This document shows positions 42,398 to 54,879 of a stretch of DNA of 64,000 nucleotides, one piece after another. The notes under the pieces were generated by a model. It did no database searches, had not been told where the DNA came from, and worked only from the letters and a program-made list of their open reading frames with translations. The stretch is from Octopus vulgaris (lineage: Eukaryota), in the NCBI GenBank assembly GCA_951406725.2, contig OX597815.1, forward strand, positions 19,592,001 to 19,656,000, read 5' to 3'. Numbering within the stretch: position 1 is the first letter of the stretch; every line of letters starts with the position of its first letter. The translations under genes and the position numbers were made by a program.

Positions 42398-42464
<67 letters not shown>

Positions 42465-43150
42465 AATGCATGACCTGTTCTTTTAAGAATACGGAATGAA
42501 TATCCTTTCACATGGAAATATACCAATATATATGCAAGGAAGAAATAAGCAAAAAGAAAATGATGTAAATAAGAAATATAAAAATTGAAGCAAAAATACG
42601 CGCTACTTTTTAGATATTTTATATTTTTATATACAGCATTACGTACGTGATTTTTAAAATCCCATCCATCTTTGTTTAGATAGCAGTTTTTGTTTTATGT
42701 TATTTGTCTCACCAGGACACTGGCATGTCCATTTGATGTAGTAAAATGACTTTTATTTGTAAATATCTTTAGTTTAAAAGCATCAGCAACACTTCTGGCA
42801 GAATCATGTGTACAGCTCCCCATACGTAACTACTGCAATAGAGAGATAAAGGCCATACTTTGCAGACCTATACCGTTGCCTTTAGTTTTTTGACATGACA
42901 AATGTAAGTCTGATAGGGAAATGACGACTAAGAGTAAATTTGTATCGGATGGTTACAGGACGATACGAGGAATCAGCAAAGTATGTCCTGCCTCTATACC
43001 GACATTTTATGTGCATTTATCAGAATGTCAGATGTAAATACAACTCTATATCTTACTTATCATATCCCTTAGATATCAGTATCAATAACACTCAGTCGTA
43101 CTTGAAACTCTTCTTTAACATAGAAGACTTAAACATACTTAAATCTGATA

Positions 43151-43246
<96 letters not shown>

Positions 43247-43335
43247 CAATCAGCCGAAATTCTAAATATTACAATGATATAAACCCAATATCAACTTCCA
43301 GTCATTGAACTGTGACTGTAAGTATACTGTGACAC

Positions 43336-43445
43336 TGTTGTGTGGACGCCCCCAGACGGTGAAGTAGGCTAGCCCAATACGTAGATATAGAGGGAGAAGT
43401 CTAGACGTCGAGGAGTTGAGTAGAGGTCATCTGAACGTGCGATAT

Positions 43446-43522
<77 letters not shown>

Positions 43523-43562
43523 GTCGACGCCCCCAGACGGTGTAGTAGGCTAGCCCAATACG
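43336..43562 (+). repeat. 46-bp direct repeats; the first lies in a TG..CA-bounded 114-bp unit (possible LTR remnant)
   Basis: TGTTGTGT(G/C)GACGCCCCCAGACGGTG(A/T)AGTAGGCTAGCCCAATACG at 43336 and 43517; first unit ends ATAACA at 43449. Confidence 0.55.
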
Positions 43563-44562
43563 AATCAAGTGCCTCCGTACATATTTTACCTTTGGCTCAT
43601 ATTCTACACAACTTATATCAGGGTATGCTGCATATGCCGTCACGGATATTTTTGCCCACAAAATTTAAGATGTAGACAAGAAAGTCGTCAATGGAAAATT
43701 AGAATATTTTATATGAACCTGTCAATACGTAAATTTCTTACTTTATTATAATGGTAGCGTACATTTTATTATGGCGTTGATTCCTGTTATATTTCTTATA
43801 TCTAAATTCATGTGACTCTCTCTTGTACACATGTATTTAAGAAGTTTATGAAATGTCTGCGTTGTTCAGCAATAAACTTTGCTTAATGGTTCTCTTTATC
43901 TACAGCAGAATGCAATACAGACATAGTATGAAACACAACCGACTCCTTTTACAACACGTTTCAAGACGTTCCACTTATGCCATTGCAATATGTTTTCCTA
44001 TAAAGATTAAGATGTTGCAAAGAAACAAGACTTCATGCAAGTTAGGAATTATTTTTCAGAAGCTTACCATTAAGTAAACTTATCCATAAAATTAAACAAG
44101 CAACGAACAAATAAACACAACACTGCTGAAGTAAAATGTTGATAGTTTGACAAATAATGGAGTTTAGTATTATATTATCTCAGAGGTCATTTCTTTTCAT
44201 GTCAGAAGAAGCTAAATTGTGTTGGCTACGTTTTTATTCCTGGCTGTTGCAAGGTGAGAAACAAAAAGATTATATAAACAGCTTGTGTTAATGCTGTCTC
44301 ATTGTATGTGCATCAATATTAGAAGACACACTGTGTATAGTTATGAAGATATGCGTTTAGAAGTATGTAATGTTGCCAAAGGATACCTGGCCATTGTTGG
44401 TGAAAAATTACTCTAAATGTCTATAGACGTGCCCCTGTTTTGTTATGTGCGTGTTCATACATACATGCCATTCGTGCATCCATACATACATACAAACAGT
44501 CATACATATATACATACATACATGCATACATACATACATACATACATACATACATACATACA

Positions 44563-44593
<31 letters not shown>

Positions 44594-44639
44594 GCGTGAT
44601 GGCTGCCTACTCGTTAGACAGGCATGACCATCCCCAGTG

Positions 44640-45480
44640 GACTTCAAACATCAAGAAAACAAGATGTTAAGTGTTAAGCGTCAGCAATACCCGTGCAATG
44701 AATTTAATTCGAGTTCGGCTTGCACAATACAATAGCGACTTTTACTCGCAATACCAAGATACCCAGAGACAAACAGGGAACGAGATATCCGACTCAGTAG
44801 AGCAGCAGGTAGTTTTATATACAAAGTACCCTTCTTCTAGAGGGATTCTTTTGACAAAGACCAGTGGTCTCTCATTCCCAGTGAGCTTACTGCACTCTTG
44901 GACACCAACCTGTGATTTTTTACTTCAATATCTGGTGTATTGGCATGTATAACATGATCAGTTTATAGAGGAAAGTACCAAAGAACGGTGATGTTTTTCA
45001 CTACTTTGGCCGGTTCATGTTTCCACCAGTTAATGTCATACGGGGAACCAGACTCACAGTATATAATATAATGCAAATGCTAACCAAATCTATCATGGTG
45101 CTTAATATATTACTTTGAAGCTAACACCGAGCATGCAGAGACAAGGTTGTCAATTTTTTTCTGGCTAAGCGACAAAAACGGCAGACTTGGTCTGCACCAC
45201 TTTTAAGAATGCTTGCTTGGTAGTTGCTAGTGGACAAACACTGATCTTGAGCTGCTATAATGCAGTCCTCTGTTTCTGATATAAGTCCAGATGCAGCCAG
45301 CCATTGATGGGTCATATTTATCAATATCTCTGGCCCTTGGAGGGTATTTGACATGCTATGTCTTACTTTTCCATGTATTTCGAAGCACTGGAATTCCTTT
45401 TGCACTGGCTTATATTTTTATGTTTTACTATGACAATGAGCTTTTCTGTTTCATCTACATACATTTGTTGTTATCACGCT
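44640..45480 (-). pseudogene. R4/Dong-type non-LTR retrotransposon 3' fragment (zinc knuckle and RLE endonuclease)
   Basis: HGK..WL..GL.SETE..IIAAQDQ.L.T.NY...CRFC; then NWWKHEPAKVV..VLW..TD..IHANTPDI. Confidence 0.85.
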
Positions 45481-45519
45481 AGTGCACGCTAATTTAGTTA
45501 ATTGGTATTTCGTCTTGAG

Positions 45520-46880
45520 GTTTAGTGATATGTCTCCTCAAATCTAAAAATTTTTGTTTGGGTTCTTGCAGAGTATCGGAGGGTATTTTTCTGCAGGTCG
45601 ACAATGCGAGTTTCAATTCCAATTTCTTTCATTCTTTTGAGTAGCATTTTAGATATTGTGCTAAATGCATCCGTTACTATAGGAATAATTGTTATGGTCT
45701 TCCAGCCTCCTCAGCTTTCTGGCTAGATCCCGATACTTCTCAATTTTTTCCATTTGTTTGCTATCGACTTTGCAATTCTAAGAACTTACAAAATCTATGA
45801 TTTCGCACTGTTCATTTTCTTCTCTATGATCGTCTAGTCATCTTACCTCAATAGAGTGGTCAATCGTTATGGCTAAGTCCCATAAGATCTTGCAATTCTC
45901 ATTTTCTCTCATAGCTTCTTTTCCGTGTTCATACCATACACTCAGTAAACATTTAAATGCCCACTTTTGCCTATACAGTCATGTCTACGCTTGTTCTGGT
46001 ATACTACGCTCATTTAAAATGTGATTAATACTCTCGGCTCTTTTTCTGTGGATTCTACGTTTGCTGTCTGACTGAGTTTTGTCGATCTTTGCATTGATTA
46101 GATTTGTTCTAAGAGTTTGTTCCTGAACAATTATAGTTAATGTTTCTGTTTTTCGTTTCAAACACCCGTCTGTCAACCAAAGACAGCGGGGCTTAACTTC
46201 CAAAAGTTTCGGTTTGTAGCATAAATTGCCTATGCAGTTCTATCTCTTCTCACTTGTTCATTCTGTTGTTCTTCCTTTTCTCTTTGAATTCTACCACTGT
46301 TTCAGTCAGTTTTCTGGTATTTCTTGCAGCTGAAAGTATAGTTTCATTCTTTCAGACCCAGTATCGTAGTGCCAACAGTGCATTCCGCGTTTAGCAGCCC
46401 TGTATCACCCCACTTCTTAGTAGACAGTATCAGTCGGTGTTAATTTTCGCATGGAGAGCATTGTGCGTTTTTGGCAGCTATCTGGCTTTTCTAGCTACGT
46501 TCTGCATCTCCTTCTTTGCCCATTTCAAAAAGACGAAAAACTATTTCAATATTGTCATTACCCACGTATTTATGAATTTAATGATGTTTTCTCCATTTAA
46601 GTTTATTTCGAGCACCTTCCTAATTTTCTTTTTGCAGTCTTTAATGACTTTCCATTATCTTACCATCTTGCAGTACTCCGGAGTATTTATATCCCTCATT
46701 ATTCCATAGCAATCGCACGATGATGTCTTGTGGTAATTTTATGCCATCAGACTTTATCTTTCGGTCTCTCTTCATAGTACTGCAAAGTTATTTAGCGCAA
46801 ACTGCATTCTTTACTGTATATTCTCACAGCTTGGATTAGAGAATCAAGGTCTGTCTCGTTTTTGTATATATTTTGAGGTC
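45520..46880 (-). pseudogene. Second, divergent R4/Dong-type LINE fragment (RT end to RLE), 5'-truncated
   Basis: DLKIYTKNETDLDSLIQAVRIYS (just after the catalytic motif); WLTDGCLKRKTE..QEQTLRTN..KIDKTQ; NENCKILWD..IIDF..EKYRDLA; many stops. Confidence 0.85.
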
Positions 46881-46881
46881 A

Positions 46882-46891
46882 ATTATTATTA

Positions 46892-46925
<34 letters not shown>

Positions 46926-46990
46926 CATCATCATCATCATCATCATCATCATCGTCATCATCATCATCATCATCATTCATCATCATCATC
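46882..46990. repeat. (ATT)n/(ATC)n
   Basis: Direct reading. Confidence 0.9.
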
Positions 46991-49356
46991 GATACATGCA
47001 TACACACACTTGAATACATACACACATACTAACAGACAGACACAATCACTTATATGTGCATATGGTAGTGTAAATCTAATTCAACTCATGCTCAATTCAT
47101 GCCAGAATCTTTGAAGAAAGTAGTCAAAAGTAATTCATTAGCATTGTTGAATAAATAAAGAACAATCTTCTCCACTTTCCTATTTCTATCAATCTTTCTT
47201 CCTCGGCATCGGAATAGTGCCATGATGCGGTGTGTTCCACTTCCTTTATTCTTTTCTTTTCATTTACAGGCCGACCAGTTTTATTGTTAAACTCAACGCT
47301 CCACCTTTTAATAGACATCACATTTTATTTTCCATATTTTACTTCAGCATCATCCACACTGTTAAATGATCGATTGATCCACTATCACTGGTCTACTTTT
47401 AGGTCATCTGACTAAAGATTGCATCAAGCAACCTTCCGTTTGGACAGTATTTATAGACAAAGTACTTTTCTCTGTGTAGCTATGAATATTCATCGCTAAA
47501 TGGTAAAGAAACAAGTCCAATACTGTTGCTATTCCAGGATTAGTTTTTCCGCCTCCTAACTCATATTGACACCTTATGTTTTTATCAGACGTTTTTTTTT
47601 CCTTTCTTTTTTCATCTTGTTCCTTTAAATATATTAGACTAACAGCAATGTTATTTTTTCTTTCTCTTTTGAATACCCAATGTCTTTATCTTATGGTTTC
47701 TACATCAATCTTTATTCACAAAAGCCCCTGTCTTTTTAATACAATTTTCTCATCATGCAACATTATTTTCTCAACTTTTATTGATGCACCATAAACTTCT
47801 TTGTTACAGAAATTGGTTTACGTCCATTCCACGCCAGTAATCCTATGTTTAATTCTGTTGGTAAATGAAAATTGGAGCGTTCACAATTGCTATTGTACAT
47901 CCATTTCTTGCTATGTTATTTTCGTTTTTTTTTTTAACGTGAACGCCATGCTATTTATAATATTTTAAAGGAAGTGCTATAACATTTCTTATCTTTCTAC
48001 GTCGAAGGATATTTTTATCCTTGCATGACAAGACCCTTTATCTGTCAAACTTTATTCCTTACTATTTCTTATTTCATCAATGAAATTGCTAAAATCCGCA
48101 GGAGGTTCATATTTTTAACATAACGACACTGCAATAACGACCCATTTTCCCATTTTGGTGTTTGAAATTAATTGCGGAACTTCATAATATCAGCGATATT
48201 TGGCCTTCGTTGGAAATCTAGCGAGGCACCACCTCATGGGAATTAGTTTATTCTACATCCTACCGTTTGACTTGCTTGTTCTTTTGAAACCGAAACACAA
48301 CTGAACTGTTCTAATGAAAGCTATGAAAACAATACTGGCTTACTTTGATACTTTTACCACAAATTTGTAGAGAATCACTGAAATCTATTGAAATTAACCA
48401 CACATAACCTCGGTACATATTTTAAAATGTAGAATCCGCTAGCGTGGAATTTGAACTGGGAATTATATATTTTAAGACATTTGGTATCCGTATTTGCTAT
48501 TCCGTTGCTATAGATTGGATAGAAATCTGAAATAATTATAAGAAATACATATACTCAATGAGTCATTGAGAGTATTTCATTTAAATCTCATTAGAAATGA
48601 TTGATATTCTTAGCTTCAAGTAATTCTTCAGGTTAGAAAATCATTTGAAAATACCCAGGTTTTCGTCGTAATTCCTTGCAAAGTTAGTATCTTATCACTG
48701 TAATCCCTCTATCGGCTTACCTATTTTATAACTCTAAATGAACGTGAAATACGCAGAGGGAAAAATCACTTTCTAATGGAAGATATGTTGGAACTATAAT
48801 GATGACACATGTGAAAACAAAAAGCCTCCTTTGTGTTATACTTGAACATCAAAAGAATAGAAGAAATAGGGATTATTTTTAAACTACAATCAGTTGGATA
48901 ATAAAACTTACATAACTGCTACTTTACCAAATCTATGGATTTGGTAAATGAAAAGGAGTTAATTTATTACGCTGGAAAGGAACTATTACGACATTTAACA
49001 ACCGATGGGTGGTTATTTTCAAGAGCGTTTCTGTGGTTATAACTAATGATAACCTAGCTCTAGATAAAGTGATTGCACATCATTCCACTTACTCCATTTA
49101 CATGTGGTATAATGGAGAAATGGTTAACATAACTAACGTTTCTGTAATTTCATGCTTTTTTACTTATTTGTTTTAGATATACGGTATTCGTTCCATTGCC
49201 ATGCTAATTATTTAGGAACTATTTTCGCCTTCTTCATCATTTAAGACGTTTTCTGTTATTTGTTATAAATAGAAGTGATTCACAAAAGTACACACACACA
49301 CACACTTCTATGCACATGCATACACACGTAGATATATGAATGTATATATATATATA

Positions 49357-49526
49357 GGGAAAGTTTACGAAAAAAACAAAAGACGAAGACAGGTGGTGTA
49401 CAAAGCAAACGGATGTATTAGCATAACGCTCAGGAATAGAAAAAAATATTTTACGTTTCGAGCCTACGCTCTTTTACAGAAAGTGGCACAGAAAAAAGAA
49501 GGAGAGAAATAAGGAGAGAAAAAAAG

Positions 49527-49530
<4 letters not shown>
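49357..49530 (-). mobile_element. HHR-bearing pLTR-like fragment, same family as 42262-42393
   Basis: Shared ACG.TCAGGAATAGAAAAAA..TTTTACGTTTCGAGCCTACGCTCTT.TACAGAAAG; inserted between (TA)n tracts. Confidence 0.7.
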
Positions 49531-49572
<42 letters not shown>

Positions 49573-49970
49573 CAAAGATGCTAGTTCTAAAATCTCCTTA
49601 AGAGATCAACGCAGTATTTGTACTGACAAGTAATATTCGTAGCCACTTTTACATGGCTGGCCGTTCGTACCGATTCTACTGCGATTTTTTTAACCCAAGA
49701 GGACATCTCGTCTAGCAGCTTAACTATGCACATCTGTATCCGATAAATTATGAGCAGGAGAGGGAACACTACCACCTTCTAGCGACGGGACCAGCTGACC
49801 AGTTCTGGTTTCGGGCTATTTCTGCCACTCCCTAGTACTGGACACCTCTTCTGCTAGAGATGGCAGTGGATCACTTCTGCTAGCTATAAATATATTTCAA
49901 GCGAACACACAATGGATAATTCAGTGTTCTTCCTCATCAGGTCCTTGCTGTATATATATATATATATATA

Positions 49971-50459
49971 TAAGAAATATTGAATTTCTAAATCTCTCGT
50001 AGAGACATGTACGGTGGTGGGGCGATAGAATGGTTGTATACTGTCAATCTAACAAGAACGTGACAGTAGGGGGTACACCACCGTTGTATAGCCCTAGGAG
50101 GCATCGAACGCCTCCTGACAGCTTCGACACATTTTTTTCCGTGTCCTTATATACATATACGAAGGGGAGACAAACACCCCCAACCGCCGGAACTGCATCT
50201 AGGGACACCGTGTTTCAGGATCATTGTCCTTCATCGGCCTAGAGTAGCAGACACCGGTCGGCTGGTGATATTTGCCCTGACTTCGTATCTGTATATATGT
50301 AAACTCAGTGAAATTTATTCACTGATTATCAAAATAAGAAATATTGAATTTCTAAATCTCTCGTAGAGACATGTACGGTGGTGGGGCGATAGAATGGTTG
50401 TATACTGTCAATCTAACAAGAACGTGACAGTAGGGGGTACACCACCGTTGTATAGCCCT
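49971..50459 (-). mobile_element. Retrozyme-like / Penelope pLTR partial tandem (364-bp unit, ~1.3 copies)
   Basis: Identical 125-bp direct repeats 49971-50095 and 50335-50459; HHR inside; preceded by (TA)n. Confidence 0.72.
50193..50250 (-). ncRNA. Type I hammerhead ribozyme (U4C core variant)
   Basis: Minus strand CTGC-TAC-TCTAGG-CCGATGA-AGGA-CAATGA-TCCT-GAAA-CACGGT-GTC-CCTAGA-T-GCAG; all three stems pair; GUC triplet. Confidence 0.75.
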
Positions 50460-50472
50460 GTGTGTCGCATAT

Positions 50473-50800
50473 ATATAATTAAAAGGACAGGCAACAGGTT
50501 GCTCCGCCGCATACCGAAGGAATTAGGTGGAGGCTGATGGTATTTGATGAATCTATCGAATATGGTGTTGACGAAAGAAATTAGGCAATTTCTAGCCTAC
50601 GATCTAGAAACATGTTCATCATTAACGGTAAGAGATTGTATTCGTTTATTTGCTACCCCAATGTTGCGTATGTGAATTGCAGGATTTGTCGTATATGGAA
50701 CCTCCACTTGTAGAAAATGGAAATAAACAGTCTTTGACTGCCATTTCTAATTCCTTCGGTATGCGGCGGAGCAACCTGTTGCCTGCCCTTTTAATTATAT
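50473..50800. mobile_element. Fold-back element with 54-bp inverted termini and an internal HHR remnant
   Basis: 50473-50526 versus 50747-50800, one mismatch; GAAA-GAAATT-AGGC-AATTTC-TA-GCCT at 50573-50598. Confidence 0.65.
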
Positions 50801-51264
50801 TTACTATATTTACTGAACTCTACAGAAGTTCCTGACGCTAAAAGTCATATTTACATACCGAAATTTACCGGTAAATATTTGTTGGTTGTCTAAAAAACCA
50901 CGAAAAATTATTTACCCTTTTTATATTATATATATATATATATAGGATGTCAGTACCAGATTTGCATTTCGATTCGTTTCCTGAATGGCATTTTCATTTT
51001 CTGCGAAAAAACGATATACTCTTTCAGTGATTTGGCTAAATTTCATCAACATTATACATCTTGATCTCCCGCCAAAGAATTCTTATTAATAACCTACATC
51101 ATTTTCGTCAATATTATTTCTGCTTTTCCACTTGGGATAGGTTGTTCTCCCCAAATATCGTACACTATTCAAAAACAGTTCGCAGAGGTCCTTTTTATAT
51201 CATACCAGGTAATGAACTGTCTTTGAATGAATTTTAGGATGATGATACTCGTTAGGAAACGTGT

Positions 51265-51662
51265 ACTCTCTCTTTTACTCTTACTTGTTTCAGTCATTTG
51301 ACTGCGACCATGCTGGAGCACCTCGACCCCGGGATTTATTCTTTTGTAAGCCCAGTACCTATTCTATCGGTCTCTTTTGCCGAACCGCTAAGTAACGGGG
51401 ATGTAAACACACCAGCATCGGTTGTCAAGCAATGCTAGGGGGACAAACACAGACACACAAACATACACGTACACACATATATACATATATACATATATAC
51501 GACGGGCTTCTTTCAGTTTCCGTCTACCAAATCCACTCACAAGGCATTGGTCGGCCCGGGGCTATAGCAGAAGACACTTGCCCAAGGTGCCACGCAGTGG
51601 GACTGAACCCGGAACCATGTGGTTGGTTAGCAAGCTACTTACCACACAGCCACTCCTGCGCC
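51265..51662 (-). mobile_element. SINE family B, near full-length
   Basis: Reverse complement of 19208-19620 with a short deletion. Confidence 0.92.
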
Positions 51663-52166
51663 TATAATATACTCTCTGTAAAGCCTTATTATGTACGATA
51701 GTGTATGTAATGGATTCGTTTACGAACCCATCTTTGTATGCATCTATAGACTAAGTTGTTGACGTCTTTGTACCGTGTGAGTGTAAGTGCATGTGTGTGC
51801 TGGCTTGTGTGTGTGTGCGAATATTTATTGGTGGCGTATTTATGTTTTTGTATGAGTATTTTGAGTGTGTTGCTGATATATTTGCAAACTTTCGGCGAAT
51901 CTCTGCCTCTAGCACATCTATTAATCAGCTTATTACTACGTCTGTATTTTCCAGCGTATCTAATATATCTGACGAACGGTAGTAAGTGTTGAATAAGCGT
52001 TGTCGAGAAACGTTGAAGTCTGAATGTAGATGCTCCCGTGTCTGTGTTGTTTAATGAATTTAGTCCAATATTTCCAACGATATTGAGGTCTACTTCTTTC
52101 GTTGTTACAAACGTAGTTTTGTCGGTGTATACATGTACGTGTGTGTGCGTGTGGGCGTGTGTGCGA

Positions 52167-52215
<49 letters not shown>

Positions 52216-52407
52216 TATTTAGTGAAGGGAAATATATAAAACTTCAATTATCCGCGCTAAAGCACGGGGGCGAAACCCCATGGTCGTAACCTCAACCGTG
52301 TCTTTTGCTGGTGTGATTTTTGCTACACAGGTATCGGTTAAATTTTGAATAATCCGTAACAAGATAATTCATTTATCCATTTCATTATATATATAAATAT
52401 GTATATA

Positions 52408-52449
<42 letters not shown>

Positions 52450-53247
52450 CACATACACATATATATATGCATATATATATACATGTGTGTGGGTACGTAT
52501 GTGTGTATATATATATACATATATATATATATCGTAGTGTTTTAGAATCACTATAAAGAAACACAGTGTCTTCTATAAAATGTCTTCCTCTCGATTGTCT
52601 ATGTGTATTTAATTGGGTGTCCCAAGCCGTGCATGTGCGTGTCATGTCCATTATCCTTTACATCTAGGTATGTACAACCGATGACATCTGGCATCTTATA
52701 TACTTACCGCATCATATGATCCTGAGAACTAATTTCAGTGTACAATACAATAGCTACCGTTTATAAATCCTAATGTTTTTTAAGCGTTAAGTTTACATAT
52801 CATCATTTCCATTCTTATGTGGTGCTTATATTTCCTGTAGTATTTCGCATTGACCTGTTCTATCTGTCGTTCTCCACTGTTTATCAAGTATGTATATTCT
52901 TCACTTGTTTGTAATTGTAGCGGTTTATTTCTAGATGTTGCTCGTTAATTTCGTACATCTATTCAGTTAGTTTGTGATAATCATGGATTAGAAAGCATCA
53001 CGGTTTAAAATATAGCATTTCAGTTATGTATTTGTTACTGTGACAGCTCTATATTATTAATATATTGTAGTTTATAAAAATATTTCTACTTTCAAGATGT
53101 TGAATTCAGTTTTGCTGCTTCAGGTCAGTCCCTGGAAGAGTATTTCTATGAAAACGAATCAGAATAGAAAACGTCTTTCTTCAATGAAGGATTGTCTTGT
53201 TATGTTCCGGCAACCATTGTTGATGCATTACGTGCCATACCTGTCGC

Positions 53248-53312
<65 letters not shown>

Positions 53313-53321
53313 TAATAATAA
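53248..53321. repeat. (AAT)n
   Basis: Direct reading. Confidence 0.95.
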
Positions 53322-54879
53322 CCTGAAATATTCTAAACACGTTCATGAAGCTTGAATCTTTTGCAACGCATGTCTCGGAATATCAACTTCAATGAATTGC
53401 CCTAATTAACACTACCAACAAGAGCCCCTCCCACTACTTAGCTTTTGCTACACTTATTCGGATATTGTTGTTTTATTTAATTTTTTTAAAGCAATTTCAA
53501 CGACTGATATATCAAACGCTTTCTCGTCTTCTTAGTTCTATGCTACAAGAGCTTCATGACTTAACTATATTGATATTTCAGAATTATATAATGTTTCATG
53601 GTAATAGCTCCATTTAGGAAATGAGGAAGACATAAGCATTTATCTCTTATTACCCACGATGAAAAACTTTTAATTGCATTTTCATGTTACTGACTTATTT
53701 TTTGGCTCCGTTTACACAAATTCTGAGGCTTTAAATATTTTCATTTTAGTTTATTTTGTTTAAATCAACCCATTTTTTATGACAAGAAACTGTCTTCCAG
53801 ATATTTTACTGGAAATCTACTACATTTTTTCTTCTTACAGGAATTACTACTATACGTATTTTATTTCCATTTAATTATCTGTACGATCCATTTTTTATCC
53901 CCTTGGAGTGTTTATTTAGCATTATATATTTTTCCCAAGTATGTTTTATTCTTTGATATTTCCCCATCAATTCCTATGTTTTATGTCTTATATATTTTTT
54001 TGCCTTGTTAACATACTGTGTTTTCTGTCAAGTTTTTCTCGCATGTTACTTTCTTACTAAATACTACTTGATAGATATATTTCTTTGGGATTTCCTATAC
54101 TTTGGCTATCGCACGAAATCTAAGATTAATTCCTGTATTTGTATTTTAACTTAATTTTTTTTACTTTTCCAAAGAAAAGTCGTTTGGTATGTTATTTTAA
54201 ATTTAAATAAGTTTTTTTAATACTAGCTGATTCAGTTGTTACCTGTTTGTTCCAAGTAATTGATCAAATGTTTACTTGAAAGTAGTTTGTCCATTTCATA
54301 TTAATTACAACTAACTCCAGTTAATTGACATCGCTTACTTACCGTTTATTTTTTTATATTCAAACAACAAAATTCTTAGCATTTACCTTGATAAACAGAA
54401 AAGGGTTATCAGACTCTATTTGCCAAAATTGTTGGCAAAAGCAAATAGATCCTTCGTCGACAATAATAGGCCCAAAATCAGAAATTAGGGAGATGTCTCA
54501 TATCCTCCGCTGTACTTAATTCCTACATTACTTTATCAACACCAGAAGAATAAAAGACGAAGTAATATAGGTGGGTTTTGAACTACTTATAGAAATGCCA
54601 TTCGTATCTAATTTTTTATAAAATTTTATCAAAACGTATTTTTTGTTGTTCACATGTTTTACTGTCTATTATTTTGTTTTGTGTCTTCATTTTCATGTTT
54701 CTTTCGTGAGCTTGGATGCTATTTCACGTAATAATTGTGACCATATGTGTGTGTGTTTGTGTGCGTGTGCGTCTAAGAGCAGTCCTTGTTTTTCATTTCA
54801 ACTCTGTATGGTCTTCAAAAAGAATTTTCTTCGAAATTCTCTTTGTATACAAATAAATTCAGAAAGACATGTTGTTTGA

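Noticed and set aside
47100-48300. Possible ancient DNA-transposon coding remnant on the minus strand
   Set aside because: Too many stops and no diagnostic motif could be read
53841-54153. Hydrophobic open frame after a good acceptor
   Set aside because: T-rich low-complexity sequence readily gives such frames; no known motif
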